Shown here: one piece after another, positions 49,870-63,361 of the stretch | Layout: each line of letters opens with the position of its first letter | Numbering within the stretch: the stretch's first letter is position 1 | Assembly (NCBI GenBank): GCA_001662655.1 | Contig: KV460277.1 | Reading direction: 5' to 3' (one strand) | Length of the DNA: 64,000 nt | Origin: Pseudogymnoascus verrucosus | Lineage: Eukaryota | Translations under genes and position numbers: made by a program | The notes under the pieces: model-generated | What the model was told of the DNA's origin: nothing | The model's input: the letters and a program-made list of their open reading frames with translations, nothing else | Database searches by the model: none

Positions 49870-51040
49870 TCAGCGTCCCCTCATCCTATCTCTTATCTCA
49901 ATCGCCACAAGGATGCCGAATAAGACGATGCACAACTGGTCCAAGGCGTAAGCAACTCCTTTGGCCGAATTGGGAATGGACTTACCAGCAGAACCAGCAA
50001 ACCTATGAGTGTGATTTCGAACCCACCAGCCAGAGCCTTACCTCGAGTGATGGCATTTTGCTGCCTCCACCACCGGAAAGTCCCCAGCATGAGTATCAGC
50101 ATCGCCCCGCCCTGGCAGATAGCCCCGAGCGGCTTCCCGGTGACGAAGTACCCGATGTGGGGGTCGGGCGATGTGCTCTTCTGGAGAGTGAAAAGCTGAG
50201 ATATGATAACGCCAAGCATGGATAGAGCCTGGGATGTCCTGAGGTAGCCGAGGAACGTTCGCTCGAGAGCTACAAAAGCAGATTAGCCCAGCTCATCTCC
50301 ATGTCTCATAAAGTACATGCAAAGACGGAAATGAATCTGAAACAGAAGGATCTGAGAAACCACGAGGAAATATAAACGTATATTGGAATACGGCAAGAAT
50401 AGGATAGAGATCGAGCAAGGCCACATGGAAGAGCTATCCTATCCGAGACACGTCGCGGCTTGGCCAATAGACAACAATTACCACGAGATGAAGCGCGTAT
50501 GAAGTGAAGTGCGCATGGCAGGCCCGTATTGAGGCGTCGTCATTCGTTGTGTGCTGGGGTGCACGAGTGCAACGATCAACATTGAGCCTGCGGAAGTTCC
50601 ATCTCCGCCATCCAATCCAGTACCCTGGAAAATAAAAAAGCAAAAAGCGGCGAGACATCTTAATCCCGGCCGGCGGATAAACACACCCTGGCGTGCGTTG
50701 AACACCCAAGAGACAGACCCGAGACGAGACAAATAGAGAGACAGTGAAATAGCGGGGGAGTAGAGGGGGTTTCTGTACCTAGATGATCCCGATTATAGGC
50801 CTGGTCGACGACAACACTGATCTGCCTCCCCCAGAACTTCTTCAGCTCGAAAGGCACGCGCGCCAGGCCCTTTGGCGGGCCCAGGGACTGCCGAGAGCGG
50901 GCGCGCGAGCTGGCCCGGTGATGAGCAGACGTCGCATCGCTGTACTGTGATCGATAGCGCGCAAGCTCATGCGTTTCCATGGCGTATGAGCGCCTAGGGC
51001 TTATATCCTCCTCCTGCCCGCTCGGCCCCGCGGCCGCCAT
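49870..51040 (-). CDS. DUF202 (YidH-like) small membrane protein
   Basis: ..SVVVDQAYNRDHL|ALERTFLGYLRTSQALSMLGV..RWWRQQNAITRGKALAGGFE..|LCIVLFGILV. Introns at ~50269-50779 and ~49936-49985. Confidence 0.82.
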
Positions 51041-54000
51041 AGTGCCTGTGTATAGAGATATGCTCGGTGGATGTATGGATGGATGGATGCCTGTGCGTAC
51101 ATCGAAGCGGGATAAAAATAGGCGCGCAGCTGATTCCCGTGGGGCGTAAGTTAGGACCGAGGGCGGGGGGGTTATGCGACGTCCTGGGATATGATTTGCT
51201 TTGCTGTGGTTGGCGTGGAGAGCAGGATGGGGGTTTTGGATGTCAATTGCGCAATCCGCAACGTGGGTGACCAGGAAGTGGCCGAGAGATCCCCGGTCAA
51301 AGCAATCAATGACAGGCGGCCCTCGCGTGCTCTGTCGACATTTGCTTCGCTTTAATAGATGGAAAAATCTCGGTGGATCAAAGAAAAGTAGATTGGGATA
51401 ATCAGTCACATGGAGACATGGAGGGGGAAAGATGAATTTGTGAGCCGGTGAATGTCGAAAGTGCTACGAGCACCCCTAGCTTCAAAGTTAAGAGCTAGCA
51501 AATAGTGATAGGTTGGGGTTGTTGGGGTTGACAGGTACGTACCTTTTTCTCCAGAGTTGGCCGTGGGAGTACTTTACTTTGGAGGTAGAGTCGCATCGGC
51601 GCGGGTGAGGGGATGAACTCCAACTTCCTTTATACTACCTAACCTCAACTTAAGTTACAAAAACAAGACAATGCAGATACTTCCCTCCACAATTTAGATT
51701 ATTTTGGTCCTCGATATTAACAGGAACATCTCGGGGTTGTCCACCTGACGAAAACAGTCTAACAAATCCAACGATCCAACAAAGAGATGGGAATTTGGAA
51801 CTGATATTGAAGGGAGGAGAATAAGGCAGGAAGCACGAGGCACGAAAACCGAGGATCACGGCAAACCTAAGGAGCTCCATCATTGGAAGAGGTGAATTGC
51901 ATTATAACATGGAATGAGGAGATCCAGGGCAAGAATGCAGGACAGGAATGGACAGCAGCGCAGCGTTCATGCTGTATACTGCTTTCAATGCTTGCTATTC
52001 CCACCTGCAAGCATTCAAAGCAGGAAGCATTCGACCTTTCTTTATAGCTATTTGTGTTTCACGCTCTCAGGGGTCTTCTTCGCCTTCCATCACCTGAGAC
52101 TCATGAGCCGTGGCCATTCCAGAACTGCTCTGCTGTGACTTCCATTCGCCCTGTGGCGCCATCCACCTCCATACCGACATATGCTGCATTCATCTATAGC
52201 GCCGATAGACGGCCTGCTGGACAAAGGAGATCAGCTCCCCAACAGCCAGGACCACGTCTTGTGATTCTCGGGAAGAGTACGGTGACAGGTCCATGGGTAC
52301 TGCGTTGACACATTGCGCATATGTATGTCCTCGTCACAAAGAGCCTTCGGGTGCCCTACGTCTTTCATACGACGGGATGCCGGAAATGCAGACGCAGGCG
52401 CAGGCGCAGGGCAGTGCAGTGCAGCTTCTGTGGTATATCACCGCGAACGCGCAATGCCGTGTGCGGTATAATATCTCGTGTTATAGCTATCTGCTGGAAC
52501 GAATACTGAAACTTCGGTCCTCGGCCCCATATACCTTACAGCACTGAGTTCTCGTGCCGGATAGTTACAGAGTACTACTCTATTAGCACCTTCGAGCATC
52601 TCACACCATGGGCTTCCCTCGTCGCGGAGATTTATAACATGTACCTTATCACTGGCGTGCACGGAGCGGTATCACGGACCGCTAGACCGATTGACCCACC
52701 TGGACAAAAGCACAGCAAACCAAGTCGAGGACGTCGAGCGAACGATCCGCTGGGTTTGCGTTGGCAATACATGTCGATCAATGTTGACTTGGACGACTCC
52801 ATAACATCAATTGTTTCAGGAAGCTCTTTGAAGGAATACTCCAAGATATATGTCGGCGAGCCTAGAGTTCTACCCAATATGACCGTGCTCCGCCGGACTG
52901 CTGCCCGTGTACTCTATCATGAAGGACTAGGAATTCAGCCGTGATGGATGAATACGCTCCGCCACGCCACGCCTGTGCTTACTTACCTACAGTATGGGGT
53001 TGTTGAAGTTTAATTCTGTGGGTGTGTGTGCGTAGCCCTCATGTGCGCTGCTCGGATGCATCGTGTGCGTTCCACAGTGGCCCTAGCATCGATGCTACCC
53101 TCTCCAGCATGAACTCTCACATACAAATCACAGAGTAACATCCAGGGCTCACAGAGTTGACATGGGATGCACAGGGCCTTGGTAACGTGGACTCGGGAGC
53201 GATCTCGCCGGATGCTGATCTCTTAGTGAGGTACTGTACGATCGGCACAGACCTCCCACCAAAAACCCCCCATCCTATGCACAATCCTTCCAGGGACCAG
53301 AACCCCTCTAACGCACACTTTTTGCACCACCGCCGCGCGCTACACAGAAACTATCCTATGAGAGCGATAGGATATAAGTTTTGGAAGGGCCGGGACATGC
53401 ATGTCGAGATCAGTCGCTCGGGGAGTGGCCGAGTATGACTATCCAACTCTCGCTCCAAAATCGATAAACCTGTGAGAACGGGTAACTTACTCGCACCTGT
53501 GCCCAGTTGCTGTATGCCGCTCTCAACACCCGATATTCAGCCGGTATAACTGGGCCCTACTTCCGCCAATCTCGCGGGTCTTCCGTGTTGTCCCCCATAT
53601 TTATCGCCCACGATGAGAAATCTCAATCAAGTCCAAAACATCCTAGCTTGCCCCTCCCACCCCAACTTTCTCAAAACTCCCCACATTATTCGAACTTCAT
53701 CGCTGAGGCGGTCCGCCTGCACCGATTCGGCTGATGCATGGGCTATAGCAAACCAGATTGAGCCAATTGATTGCAGGCAGGCGCCTTTGAATCGAGCCAT
53801 GGCCTCCTCCTGCCACCCTGCACTTGCTGACCTCTCGCCAGCCTCACCGTCACTTAGCCGGCAGGTTGCACTTTGCATCACAGACCATGTTCAACCGTCA
53901 GATGCATGGGTATTGGTGGCCTCTATAGCGGCGGAAGGAAACCACTTAAACTCCGTTTAGAAACATTAGGTTTGAGATATATCAGCACCAGAGGCAGCTG

Positions 54001-54214
54001 ATTAAAGCCTCTTTATACTTCTTAAGATCTGCTATATATGACAATCGGGGACCGCCTTGCCGTTTGTCTACCTTCAACGTCTCTCTGTGTCCATGGTGCC
54101 TTACTTCTGAATTCAACATATGCAAAGTCGTTTGTTTGTTAACAACTGCGCCTCCATCCCACGTAAAAATCCGGCTTCGTGGCTGTATTGATCGAAAAAC
54201 CAGCCTCAGGAATA

Positions 54215-57200
54215 ATGACGGAAATCGTGGATATCCCGGCGCCGGTCGTAGAGGTGACGACTGTAGAGGTGGCGGCCGAGCTGACCTCCGAATCCATTGC
54301 TACCACGGCCAGAGGCTCCGAAGTCCACTCGCCGTCGAGTCACAGAACGGCTAGTACGCCGGCATCCGAGTTGTCATCTATTGAGGCTCTGAAGGCATTC
54401 AAGACAACAAATCTCGGCGTGTCAAAAGAAAATGCTCGGGCCAAGGCTGCTACGTTATCACTGGTGGAACAGGTGAGTGGCGTTTCCATGAGTTGTTCTC
54501 TAAAGAGACTCATCAAAGCTAACCCCCTCAAAGGTCTCGTTATTGAGAGCCGCCGATCACTGGAGGACCGTTGCAATCCCAAACAAAGGCATTGCCAATA
54601 TCAAGACTAGTGATGGACCAAACGGAGCCCGCGGGGCAGTCTTCAAGGCTGGCACAAGAGTGAGAATGGATTATTATATCTGGTCGAGAAGGATTTGGGC
54701 TGACTAATATATAGGCAGCACTGTTCCCCTGTGGTGTTTCTCTGGCAGCGACTTGGGATACAAAGCTACTCTATGAAGTTGGACAGCACCTTGGAGAGGA
54801 GACCAAGGCTCGCTCTGCACATGTCCTCCTGGCGCCAACAGTATGCCTGCATCGAGGCCCGCTCGGTGGCCGGAACTTTGAATCATTCTCAGAAGACCCT
54901 CTTTTGACGGGGAAACTCGCCGCGTCTTATATTAATGGGCTTCAGCAAAAGGGGATTGCTGCTACCATCAAGCGTATGCATATACTGTCGTCTATGAGGC
55001 ATCACGTGGAATATATATACTGACTTAGCTGTAGATTTCGTCGCCAACGAGCAAGAGACTGAAAGACTGACGATGGACTCGGAGCTCTCGGAGAGAGCTC
55101 TCCGTGAACTTTACCTTCGTCCTTTCGAAATTGCTGTCAGGGAATCTAACCCCTGGGCTGTCATGTCCTCTTATAACCTCATCAACGGTGTCCATGCAGA
55201 TATGAACACTCACACCCTGAAAGATATCCTCCGCGGAGAATGGAAATATGATGGGTAAGTCATACCCCATCATGATATAATACTCTACTTATGCATTACA
55301 GGTTGGTTATGTCAGATTGGACTGGAGTCAACTCTGTAGCAGAATCCATAGAGGCAGGCTGTGATTTGGAGATGCCTTACTCAGATAAATGGCGTGGAGA
55401 AAAGGCGGTTCAAGCTGTCAAGGATGGGAAGCTAAGCCAAGACGCCGTAGAGAAGGCTGCTGCCAACGTATTATACCTAATTGACCGTGTCCGAGGCCAA
55501 GACACGTCGCCTGAGGAGCCGGAAAGGGAAGAGGACACCCCTGAGACGAGAGAGCTAATCCGCAGGGCCGGTTCCCAGGGATTGACCTTGTTGAAGAATA
55601 GGGGCAACCTCCTTCCGCTCGACGCCGAGAAGACAAAGATTGCTGTCATCGGACCCAACGCCAACAGAGCCATTGCTGGCGGTGGTGGTAGCGCCAGTTT
55701 GAACCCTTACTATAACACCTTGCCTCTATGGAGCATTCAAAGAGAGTCGAGTAAGGACGTCACATATGCTTTGGGCTGCGATATCTACAAATGGATCCCC
55801 TTGGCGACACCGTTCTGCAAGGCCCTTACTGGCGAGGAAGGAGTTACCATTGAGTTCTACACCGGCGACAAGTTTGAGGGAGAGCCGACAGTGGTTCAAA
55901 CAAGAACGAGCACAGATCTTATGCTGTGGGACTCTGCGCCTACGGAGGTCGGGAATGTCTGGTCTGCCTATGTCAGGGCAAAGCTTACGCCCAAGACTTC
56001 TGGAAAGCACAAGTTTAGCTTCTTTAGCGTTGGGCCCGGACGTCTGTACATCGATGGCAAGCTACTTGCGGACGTATGGGACTGGACCGAGCAGGGTGAG
56101 ACTATGTTCGACGGCTCAGAGGATGTCGTGATTGAGATTGAACTCGAGGCCGGCCGCACATACGAGCTGATGTCGGAACTCACCAACGAGATCCGCCCCT
56201 TGTCGAAGCAGATTGCCATCGGCCGCACGCATGGCCCCGGAGGTGTTCGCATCGGATACAAGGAGGAGGACAAGGTGGACCATCTGCAGCAGGCCGTTGA
56301 TGCCGCCACGGAGGCTGATGTCGCTATTGTGATTGTCGGTTTGGATGCAGAGTGGGAGTCTGAAGGATATGATCGTGCCAACATGGATCTACCCAAGGAC
56401 GGCAGCCAGGATCGCTTGGTCGAGGCTGTCTTGAAGGCGAACCCGAACACTATCGTTGTGGTTCAGGCTGGCTCGCCGGTCACTATGCCTTGGGCTGACA
56501 AGGTCCCGAGTATCCTGCAGGCGTGGTACCAAGGCCAAGAAGCTGGAAATGCTCTGGCCGATGTTCTGTTTGGCCGTGTTAACCCCAGCGGCAAGCTTCC
56601 TGTAAGTCAACCCTTTCACTCCGTCTAGTATGGCAACCTAACTCGTGCAGACTACATTCCCCGTCCGTCTGCAAGATAACCCAACCTACCACTCGTGGCC
56701 AGGTGAGAACAAGAAGGTTATTTACGGAGAGGGCATCTTCATGGGATACCGCCACTACGAGCGCCTCGCCATCAAGCCCCTCTTCGCTTTCGGCCATGGC
56801 CTCTCCTACACCACCTTCACATACGGCGACATCACACTATCCAATACCACCCTGTCTGCCAACGAGAAGATCACCGTCACCATCCCGATCACCAACTCTG
56901 GCAAGGTCGACGGCGCGGAAGTGGTACAGGGCTACGTCCACGATGTTAAGTCGCGACTGGTGCGTCCGGAGAAGGAGCTGGCTGTATTCGACAAGGTCTT
57001 CCTGAAGGCAGGTGAGACGAAGGATGTCGTTCTCACGCTGGATAAGCTCTCGGTTGGATATTACGATACACGTCTCAAGGCCTGGATTGCTGAGGAGGGC
57101 GAGTTCAAGATTCTGGTTGGCTCATCATCCGCGGATATACGGTATGCTTACTTCCTTTTCCTCGTATCTCGATTGGATTGGTTACTAATTTTCCACACAG

Positions 57201-57249
57201 ACAATCGGCTACATTCGACGTGGCTGAATCGTTTACTTGGATCTTCTAA
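54215..57249 (+). CDS. GH3 beta-glucosidase with PA14-like insertion, no evident signal peptide
   Basis: [51 protein letters not shown] (nucleophile motif), [24 protein letters not shown] and a fibronectin-like C-terminus. About 6 introns. Confidence 0.93.
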
Positions 57250-57883
57250 GGGACCTATATTTCACATAGATTTTTTCTTTGAATACCAGCGCCTGGAGAC
57301 GGCGCAATACCATTATCAGATGTGATGACCTCGTACTTTCCTTATGAACGCCAGACTTACACCTACTAAGAATGCGCATGGAGTTATTCATAAATGCAAT
57401 ATACGAACTACAAACGTGAATTATAGCCATATATCGGTGTGCAACTTATTGAGTGCTTGGCGTATTAATTACTGGCCATTAATGTCATTAATGTCTCCAC
57501 ATTAGGGGTTGTCTATTGAATTACTGCGATATAAATAAAATGCATAATAATCAATTAAACCTAAACGGGTCGACAGCCTTGTCGCGGACCTGTCCAGGCC
57601 CCCGAATCGAGAACACCAATATTCTGAACTTTGACACCACTATACTACGTACCCTCGTCCATTTTTCTTTCCTTCGTTCAATTCTCCTTCAACCATTTCC
57701 TGGATGTCTGTCTTTACTCTATAATATATCTATTCCTTCACGTAACCCGCTGGCCGAATTGAGCCGCGCAGACTGTACTGTACGTCACTGCCACCATCGT
57801 TGTCCTCTTCTCGACTCTCAACCAGCACACATACACCCACGACTACGAGGCTGGGTCCACAGGCATGGCGAGCAGATAGCGCC

Positions 57884-60090
57884 ATGAGCAGCAACTACAA
57901 CCACCTCCGGACGCGCTCCTCGCGCGACCACTTCATGGAGCCCCCGTCATTTGTATCGCGTGTCGTCAATGTGCTTCCGACTCGTCTCGCTCTCCTGGCA
58001 CTCAGGACCCTGGACAAACCCCGCAAAGCCATAACACAACTTCCCACCACACTCCGGAATGCAAAGCGGGCCGCGCGGCGGCCGACGCTGCGCAGTTTTG
58101 TGAATGTGCCGAATGGGTTTATTGCGGTCTGGTTCCTGTTGTTGCTGTGGGGAGAGCGGTGGGCGTTTCATAGTGCGATTAAGCAGTGCAGATGGGAGAA
58201 TTGGGAGAGATGGGCGAGTTCATTATTCTCCGCGGTATGGTTCTGGGACGAATGCTAACAGTTAGATAGCCGCAAGCTGCGACCCCTCATCATCTTGTCC
58301 TCCTCGCGGATCCTCAACTTGTCGACCCGCACACATATACTGGGCGGCCGTGGCCGCTGTCGACGTTTACGGAGCACCATACGGATAACTACCTGAGACG
58401 CTCGTATACGAATTTGCAACTCAAGTTGAAGCCAGATACTATATTCTTCCTCGGCGACCTCTTCGATGGGGGGAGGGAATGGGCGACGATGCGAGGGGAC
58501 ACAGAAGACCCAGAGTGGCAGACAAAACAGCGTGCAAAGGACGAAGCAGCATTAGTAGGATATTGGAAGAAGAACTACGGCGAGAACTTCTGGATGCAAG
58601 AATACGAGCGCTTTGGAAAGATCTTCTTCGACCTGTTCAACCTGGGGAACCCAACATCGCAGCCGAGCCGCGGACAGAGGGGCCGCAAGATCATCGCGAG
58701 TCTGCCAGGAAACCACGATCTAGGGTTCGGGGCGAAGATCAAGATGCCGGTGCGAGATCGATTTGAGGCGTTCTTCGGGGAGGCGAACCGCGTAGATATT
58801 ATAGCCAACCACACCTTCGTCAGCATCGACAGCGTGAGCCTGAGCGCAGGGGCGGATAAGAGCGAGGTCGATAATCGGGACGTTTACGCACCGGTGGAGG
58901 AGTTCCTGGCTGGCGTGCAGGCACGCAAGCGCCGTGCCACGGCGCGGGAACTCCGGTATATACGAGGCGAACCAGAGGAGCTCCGTCACCCGAGGACGAT
59001 CCAGGATACGGATGGTCTTGTGTTGAAGGAGAGTGATTTCCTGCCCCTCGATCCAGGAGAGGGGAACAGCAACGACTTCCCTACCATCCTGCTCACCCAC
59101 GTCCCGCTGTACCGCGAGCCTGGTACACCCTGTGGCCCGCAGCGCGAACACTGGCCCCCTGCCACACCCCCTAAGGGGCAACTCGGCCCCGTCGTCCCTG
59201 ACCACCGCAACGCGATCTCCGTGTCGCGCGGCTACCAGTACCAGAACGTGCTATCACAAACCGACTCAGCGCGTCTGCTGAAGACGATCGGGAACGTGCA
59301 GCACGTCTTCAGTGGCGATGACCACGATTACTGCGAGTTGGTGCACGATGAGATTAACTCGGGCGTGGGAATTATTGGCCGAGCGAGGGAAATCACGGTC
59401 AAGAGTATATCGTGGTGTATGGGCGTCCGCCAGCCCGGGTTCCTCATGGCTAGTCTCTGGAACCCAATTGGTCCCGATGGACGCCCCTTGGGCACCAAAG
59501 GAGGCGGCCACGGCGCGGTGAACGATGTTCCTGCACCGACGATCGAGACGCACCTCTGTCTGCTCCCGAACCAAATCTCGATCTTCATCCGATACATCTT
59601 CCTATCCATCATTACCATCTCCGCACTCCTCGCGCGCGCCGTCCTAACACAGACCATGGGCCTTCCGCCCACCTTACCCCCATCAGTATTTTCCTTCTCT
59701 ACCCCGTCGAAGGGGGACAGCCCGCTACTTCCAACATCGAAGCGCGCGGCCGAGCTACACAGATCGTCAGACTCCTCCACGAGCAGCACGTCCAGCACAC
59801 TCAGCGGCCATCTTGCGCCACGGAGTGCAGCAGCAAGGACGCGTAGTGTTAGTCCCGCAGTGGGCTATGGGCTTCCGGCGGCGCAGGCGCAGGGCCGGTA
59901 TGCGCCGCCTGCCTGGGGAGAGGATGGAGATGAGAAGGAGAAGGGGAAGGGGTTTAGGGAGTTTGGGAGCGAGAGGGTGGTGAAGGAGGGGACGCCGCTG
60001 GGGAGGATAGGGAGGGAGTTTGCGGGGAGCTTTTGGAGGGTTTTGTGGGTGGCGGTGTCGTTGTTTGTGTGGTTGACTTGGAGCGGTTAG
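57884..60090 (+). CDS. CDC1: Cdc1-like Mn-dependent metallophosphoesterase (GPI remodelling)
   Basis: N-terminal TM segment, then LLADPQLVDPHTY, FLGDLFDGGREW, PGNHD, LLTHVPLYR, FSGDDHDYC and TVKSISW. GC-AG intron at 58214-58269. Confidence 0.9.
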
Positions 60091-61322
60091 GGAGTGTATT
60101 TTTATATGAGGCTAATGAACATATATTTTTGGATACTTGGTGGCCTCTGTGAGTGTATACTGGCGAGAGTTCCTGGGGATGTGCCTTTGGATACTTGGTG
60201 TCTATTTTGGGTGTGTGCCAGTGGAGGTTTATGAGAATGTGCTTTCGAAGTGTGAGTGAGCGTGGAGAATTTACATAACAGTTGCTCAAATCTTAATACT
60301 CCAGTTGAGAGATTACAGGAAAGCTATCACCCACCCAGGGCACGTACGTACCTGACAACGGCTGGAGTCGGAGGGGAATCCCTGCTTGGATAAATAGGGA
60401 AATGAAGAGGGCATATGCAACGATGAACGGTAGAGGATTTTGTCATCAGGCGGCAGGACAAAATGTCAAAAGTCACAACCTCTAGGACCTTTCGACACGC
60501 CACTTTCTAGTCACTACGCCAGCCTTCTCAACGTCACGCCGTCTTCTCGTTGCCCACCCCTGCTTCTCGTCACCACCTGCTCTCTCATCGCTGGCTGCTG
60601 TCGTCGCAACAATATTATTGTTATTGCTGACGAAGCCCCTTTATCCTCGATGGCATGGTTCAGGGAAGCATTTGCTACTATATTGTTGTAAGGAGCACAG
60701 TGCTCCTTATAATCTTCGATATTCTCGGTATTGGGTTTTCGCGCCTGGGGAATCATCCGCCAAACGATACTAGTGTTATTTATGTTCACACATCAAGAGA
60801 AGACGAGGTGAACGAGTCTGTTGCATATAGCCAGATTTGACTGTATTATCACGCCCCTCCCTATGGACTAACTATCCCTTGTCCCCTCCCTATCAGGGGA
60901 CAAAACACATCATATAATACCGCTGCTACCGTGGCCCATTCGTCCGATTCATATACCCGACCCGATAACAGCGCCGAACATGAATAATACGAGGAAGCTG
61001 AGCCAACCCGCCTCCCGGGGGTCCATAACCCCATCCCATCCCAAACACCCTTAAAACTCCCTCCCAAAACACCCGAAAATAAAGAATAATATATGACGAT
61101 AAATAGACCGTTAGATGATGAGGTATAGCATATTGGCGCCGCGCTGAATAAAAACTGGACAGATAGATGTGTGGTGATAGTCGGAGTGATGGTGATGTGG
61201 TGATGACAAACGCCGCGGTAAATGTTGATGATAGAATGGATGGATAGAAGATCTGACATAGCCGTGGGGTATTAAGCGTTAAAAGCAATGAAAGCGTATA
61301 AACAACGCGCCGATGATCCCAG

Positions 61323-63185
61323 TTAGAACGTGAAATTCACATTCCCCAGCGACGCAATTATCTTATCCTCCTCCGTCTCGGCCCCCGAGCTGGTCGCCTG
61401 ACTGCTCCCCGTAGGCGTCGGCGTGATGCCATGCCCGTTCTCTTGATCATGCGTATGCACACCCGCCAGCATCGTGGTCGAATCTTCAACCTGGCGCCGT
61501 CGCGCCTCCGTGCGATCCGCCAGACTCACGCCGCTAGCCTGCCCGACCTCGTTCTCCTGGATGTCCTGGAAGCTCCAGCTGGGTTGGAAGGAAGTGGAGT
61601 GCCAAGCGTGGTCGACGCGTTCGTAGAGCTCGTCGATCTGCTCGAGTGAGATCTTGGAGGTCTCGAAGACGAGGAACCAGACGAAGAAGAAGGCTGCGAC
61701 GCAGAAGGTGCCCCAGACGAAGAAGACTTTGGCGCCGAGATCGGCGTAGCCGGGGCCGTTGTTAACTAGGTAGGGTGTTGCGTAGGCAATGGCCCAGTTG
61801 AAGAGCCAGTTGGTGGCAGTGGAGATTGACATGGACTTTGCGCGGACTTTGAGGGGGTAGATCTCTGAGGTAACAACCCAGACGACGGGGCCCCAGGACA
61901 TGGCGAAGAAGGCGATATATACGCAAACGAAGGCGATCATTACTTTATTCCAGACTTGGCCGTCAGGCTGGGCGCCAAACGCGGTGCCGACTATGGCGAC
62001 GATAAGCTGAGACGAAGCCATTCCGACAGCACCGACCAGGAGAAGGCGGCGTCGGCCCCAAGCCTCGACGAGGAACATGCCGGGGACGGTACAGGCGACG
62101 TTCACGACGTTCGTCACGAGGCCGTACGTGAATGGCGACTCGATCCCGGCATGTTTGAAAAATGTAGTACCGTAGTAGAACACAAAATTGCAGCCACTCA
62201 GCTGTTGGAGCATTTGTAGGCCACAGCCGGTCATGAGCCTGAATCCGAGGTGAGGCGCGCCGCGGAATACATCTCGATAGGTGGAGGGCCCAAGAGAGAG
62301 TTCATAGGCATGGTTAGCTTCAATCTCTGCTATTTCCTCGATTAAGGCTGGATGAGTAATATCAAGACGCCGGATTCGAGAGAGCGACGCTGCAGCTGCC
62401 GCGTGCATCTCCCGTTTGATAAGATATCGAGGGGTCTCAGGGAGAATAATCAGCCCGATAAAGAGGATACCGGCCCACACGAACTGTATGGCAACAGGTA
62501 TCCGAAAGCAGTTGGCGGAATCTAGATTTGAGGTGAGGTAATTAACGACTGCGGCGATGAAGAGGCCGACTGTAATAGCGAGCTGGTAGCAACAAACCAA
62601 GGCTCCACGGATCCATTTTGGTGCCATCTCGGATTGATACAACGGGACAAGCACGGATATCGTTCCGACGCCCATGCCAGCAAAGAATCTAGGAAGTGTT
62701 AACTTTGATAAGGGAGGAGAGCTATATCCGGTGCATACCTTCCAGCGGCAAAGATGCGAATCGTGTTTGAGGCCGTCTGCATCGCGACACCAAATGTGAA
62801 GACCAGTACTGCCAACATGAGAGATTTCCGACGCCCTATCCTATCTCCAATCGGGGCGGCGAGTAGGGCCCCGAAGAACGTCCCCGCGCTGAGTATCGAC
62901 ACAATTTCGGACGACTGTGTCGGCGTTATAGAAAGATGGCCTTCGTCGTCCCTACTGCCTGTTGAGAAGTGGTCGAGCCACCATCGCATCGCAATGATGC
63001 CGCTGATCGTGCTACAAGTCCCAACGTCAGTCCATGTGCCATGTGCCAGTCTCGCGCACAGCTTACCCAGTATCGTATCCAAACAGAATGCCTCCAAACG
63101 CGACGAAGGCTCCAATCATGATCGCAGGTGCCGAGGAACCGGCTGCGCTCTCGGGCTTCCGCCATGCTGTCAAGTCGAACACCAT
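61323..63185 (-). CDS. Hexose transporter / glucose sensor, RCO-3-like
   Basis: KPESAAGSSAPAIMIGAFVAFGGILFGYDTG|TISGIIAM, IVSILSAGTFFGAL, VPLYQSEMAPKWIRG, QQLSGCNFVFYYG, SEIYPLKVRAK, ETSKISLEQIDE, and an extended C-terminal tail. Two introns. Confidence 0.9.
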
Positions 63186-63268
63186 TGTCGCGGCGATGCG
63201 CCGTCGGAACGGCTGGTCGTGTGTATCGCGCAAAGCGTAGCCAGTGTCAATTTTTCCCCTCCTCCAAC

Positions 63269-63361
63269 CTATTGGCCGTTGCTGGAAGCAGTATCGATCG
63301 AAACAAGCGGCGTCGTCGAATTCGAGGGCATCAGATTCGACTTCGCGACGAAGGGTCTCAT
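63269..63361 (-). other. Candidate upstream ORF (30 aa) in the leader of the RCO-3-like gene
   Basis: ATG at 63361 encodes MRPFVAKSNLMPSNSTTPLVSIDTASSNGQ*, ending 83 nt before the main ATG. Confidence 0.4.

Noticed and set aside
52438..52944. Overlapping short ORFs as a pseudogene in the DUF202-GH3 spacer
   Set aside because: No recognisable homology by eye; a BLASTX search would be needed.
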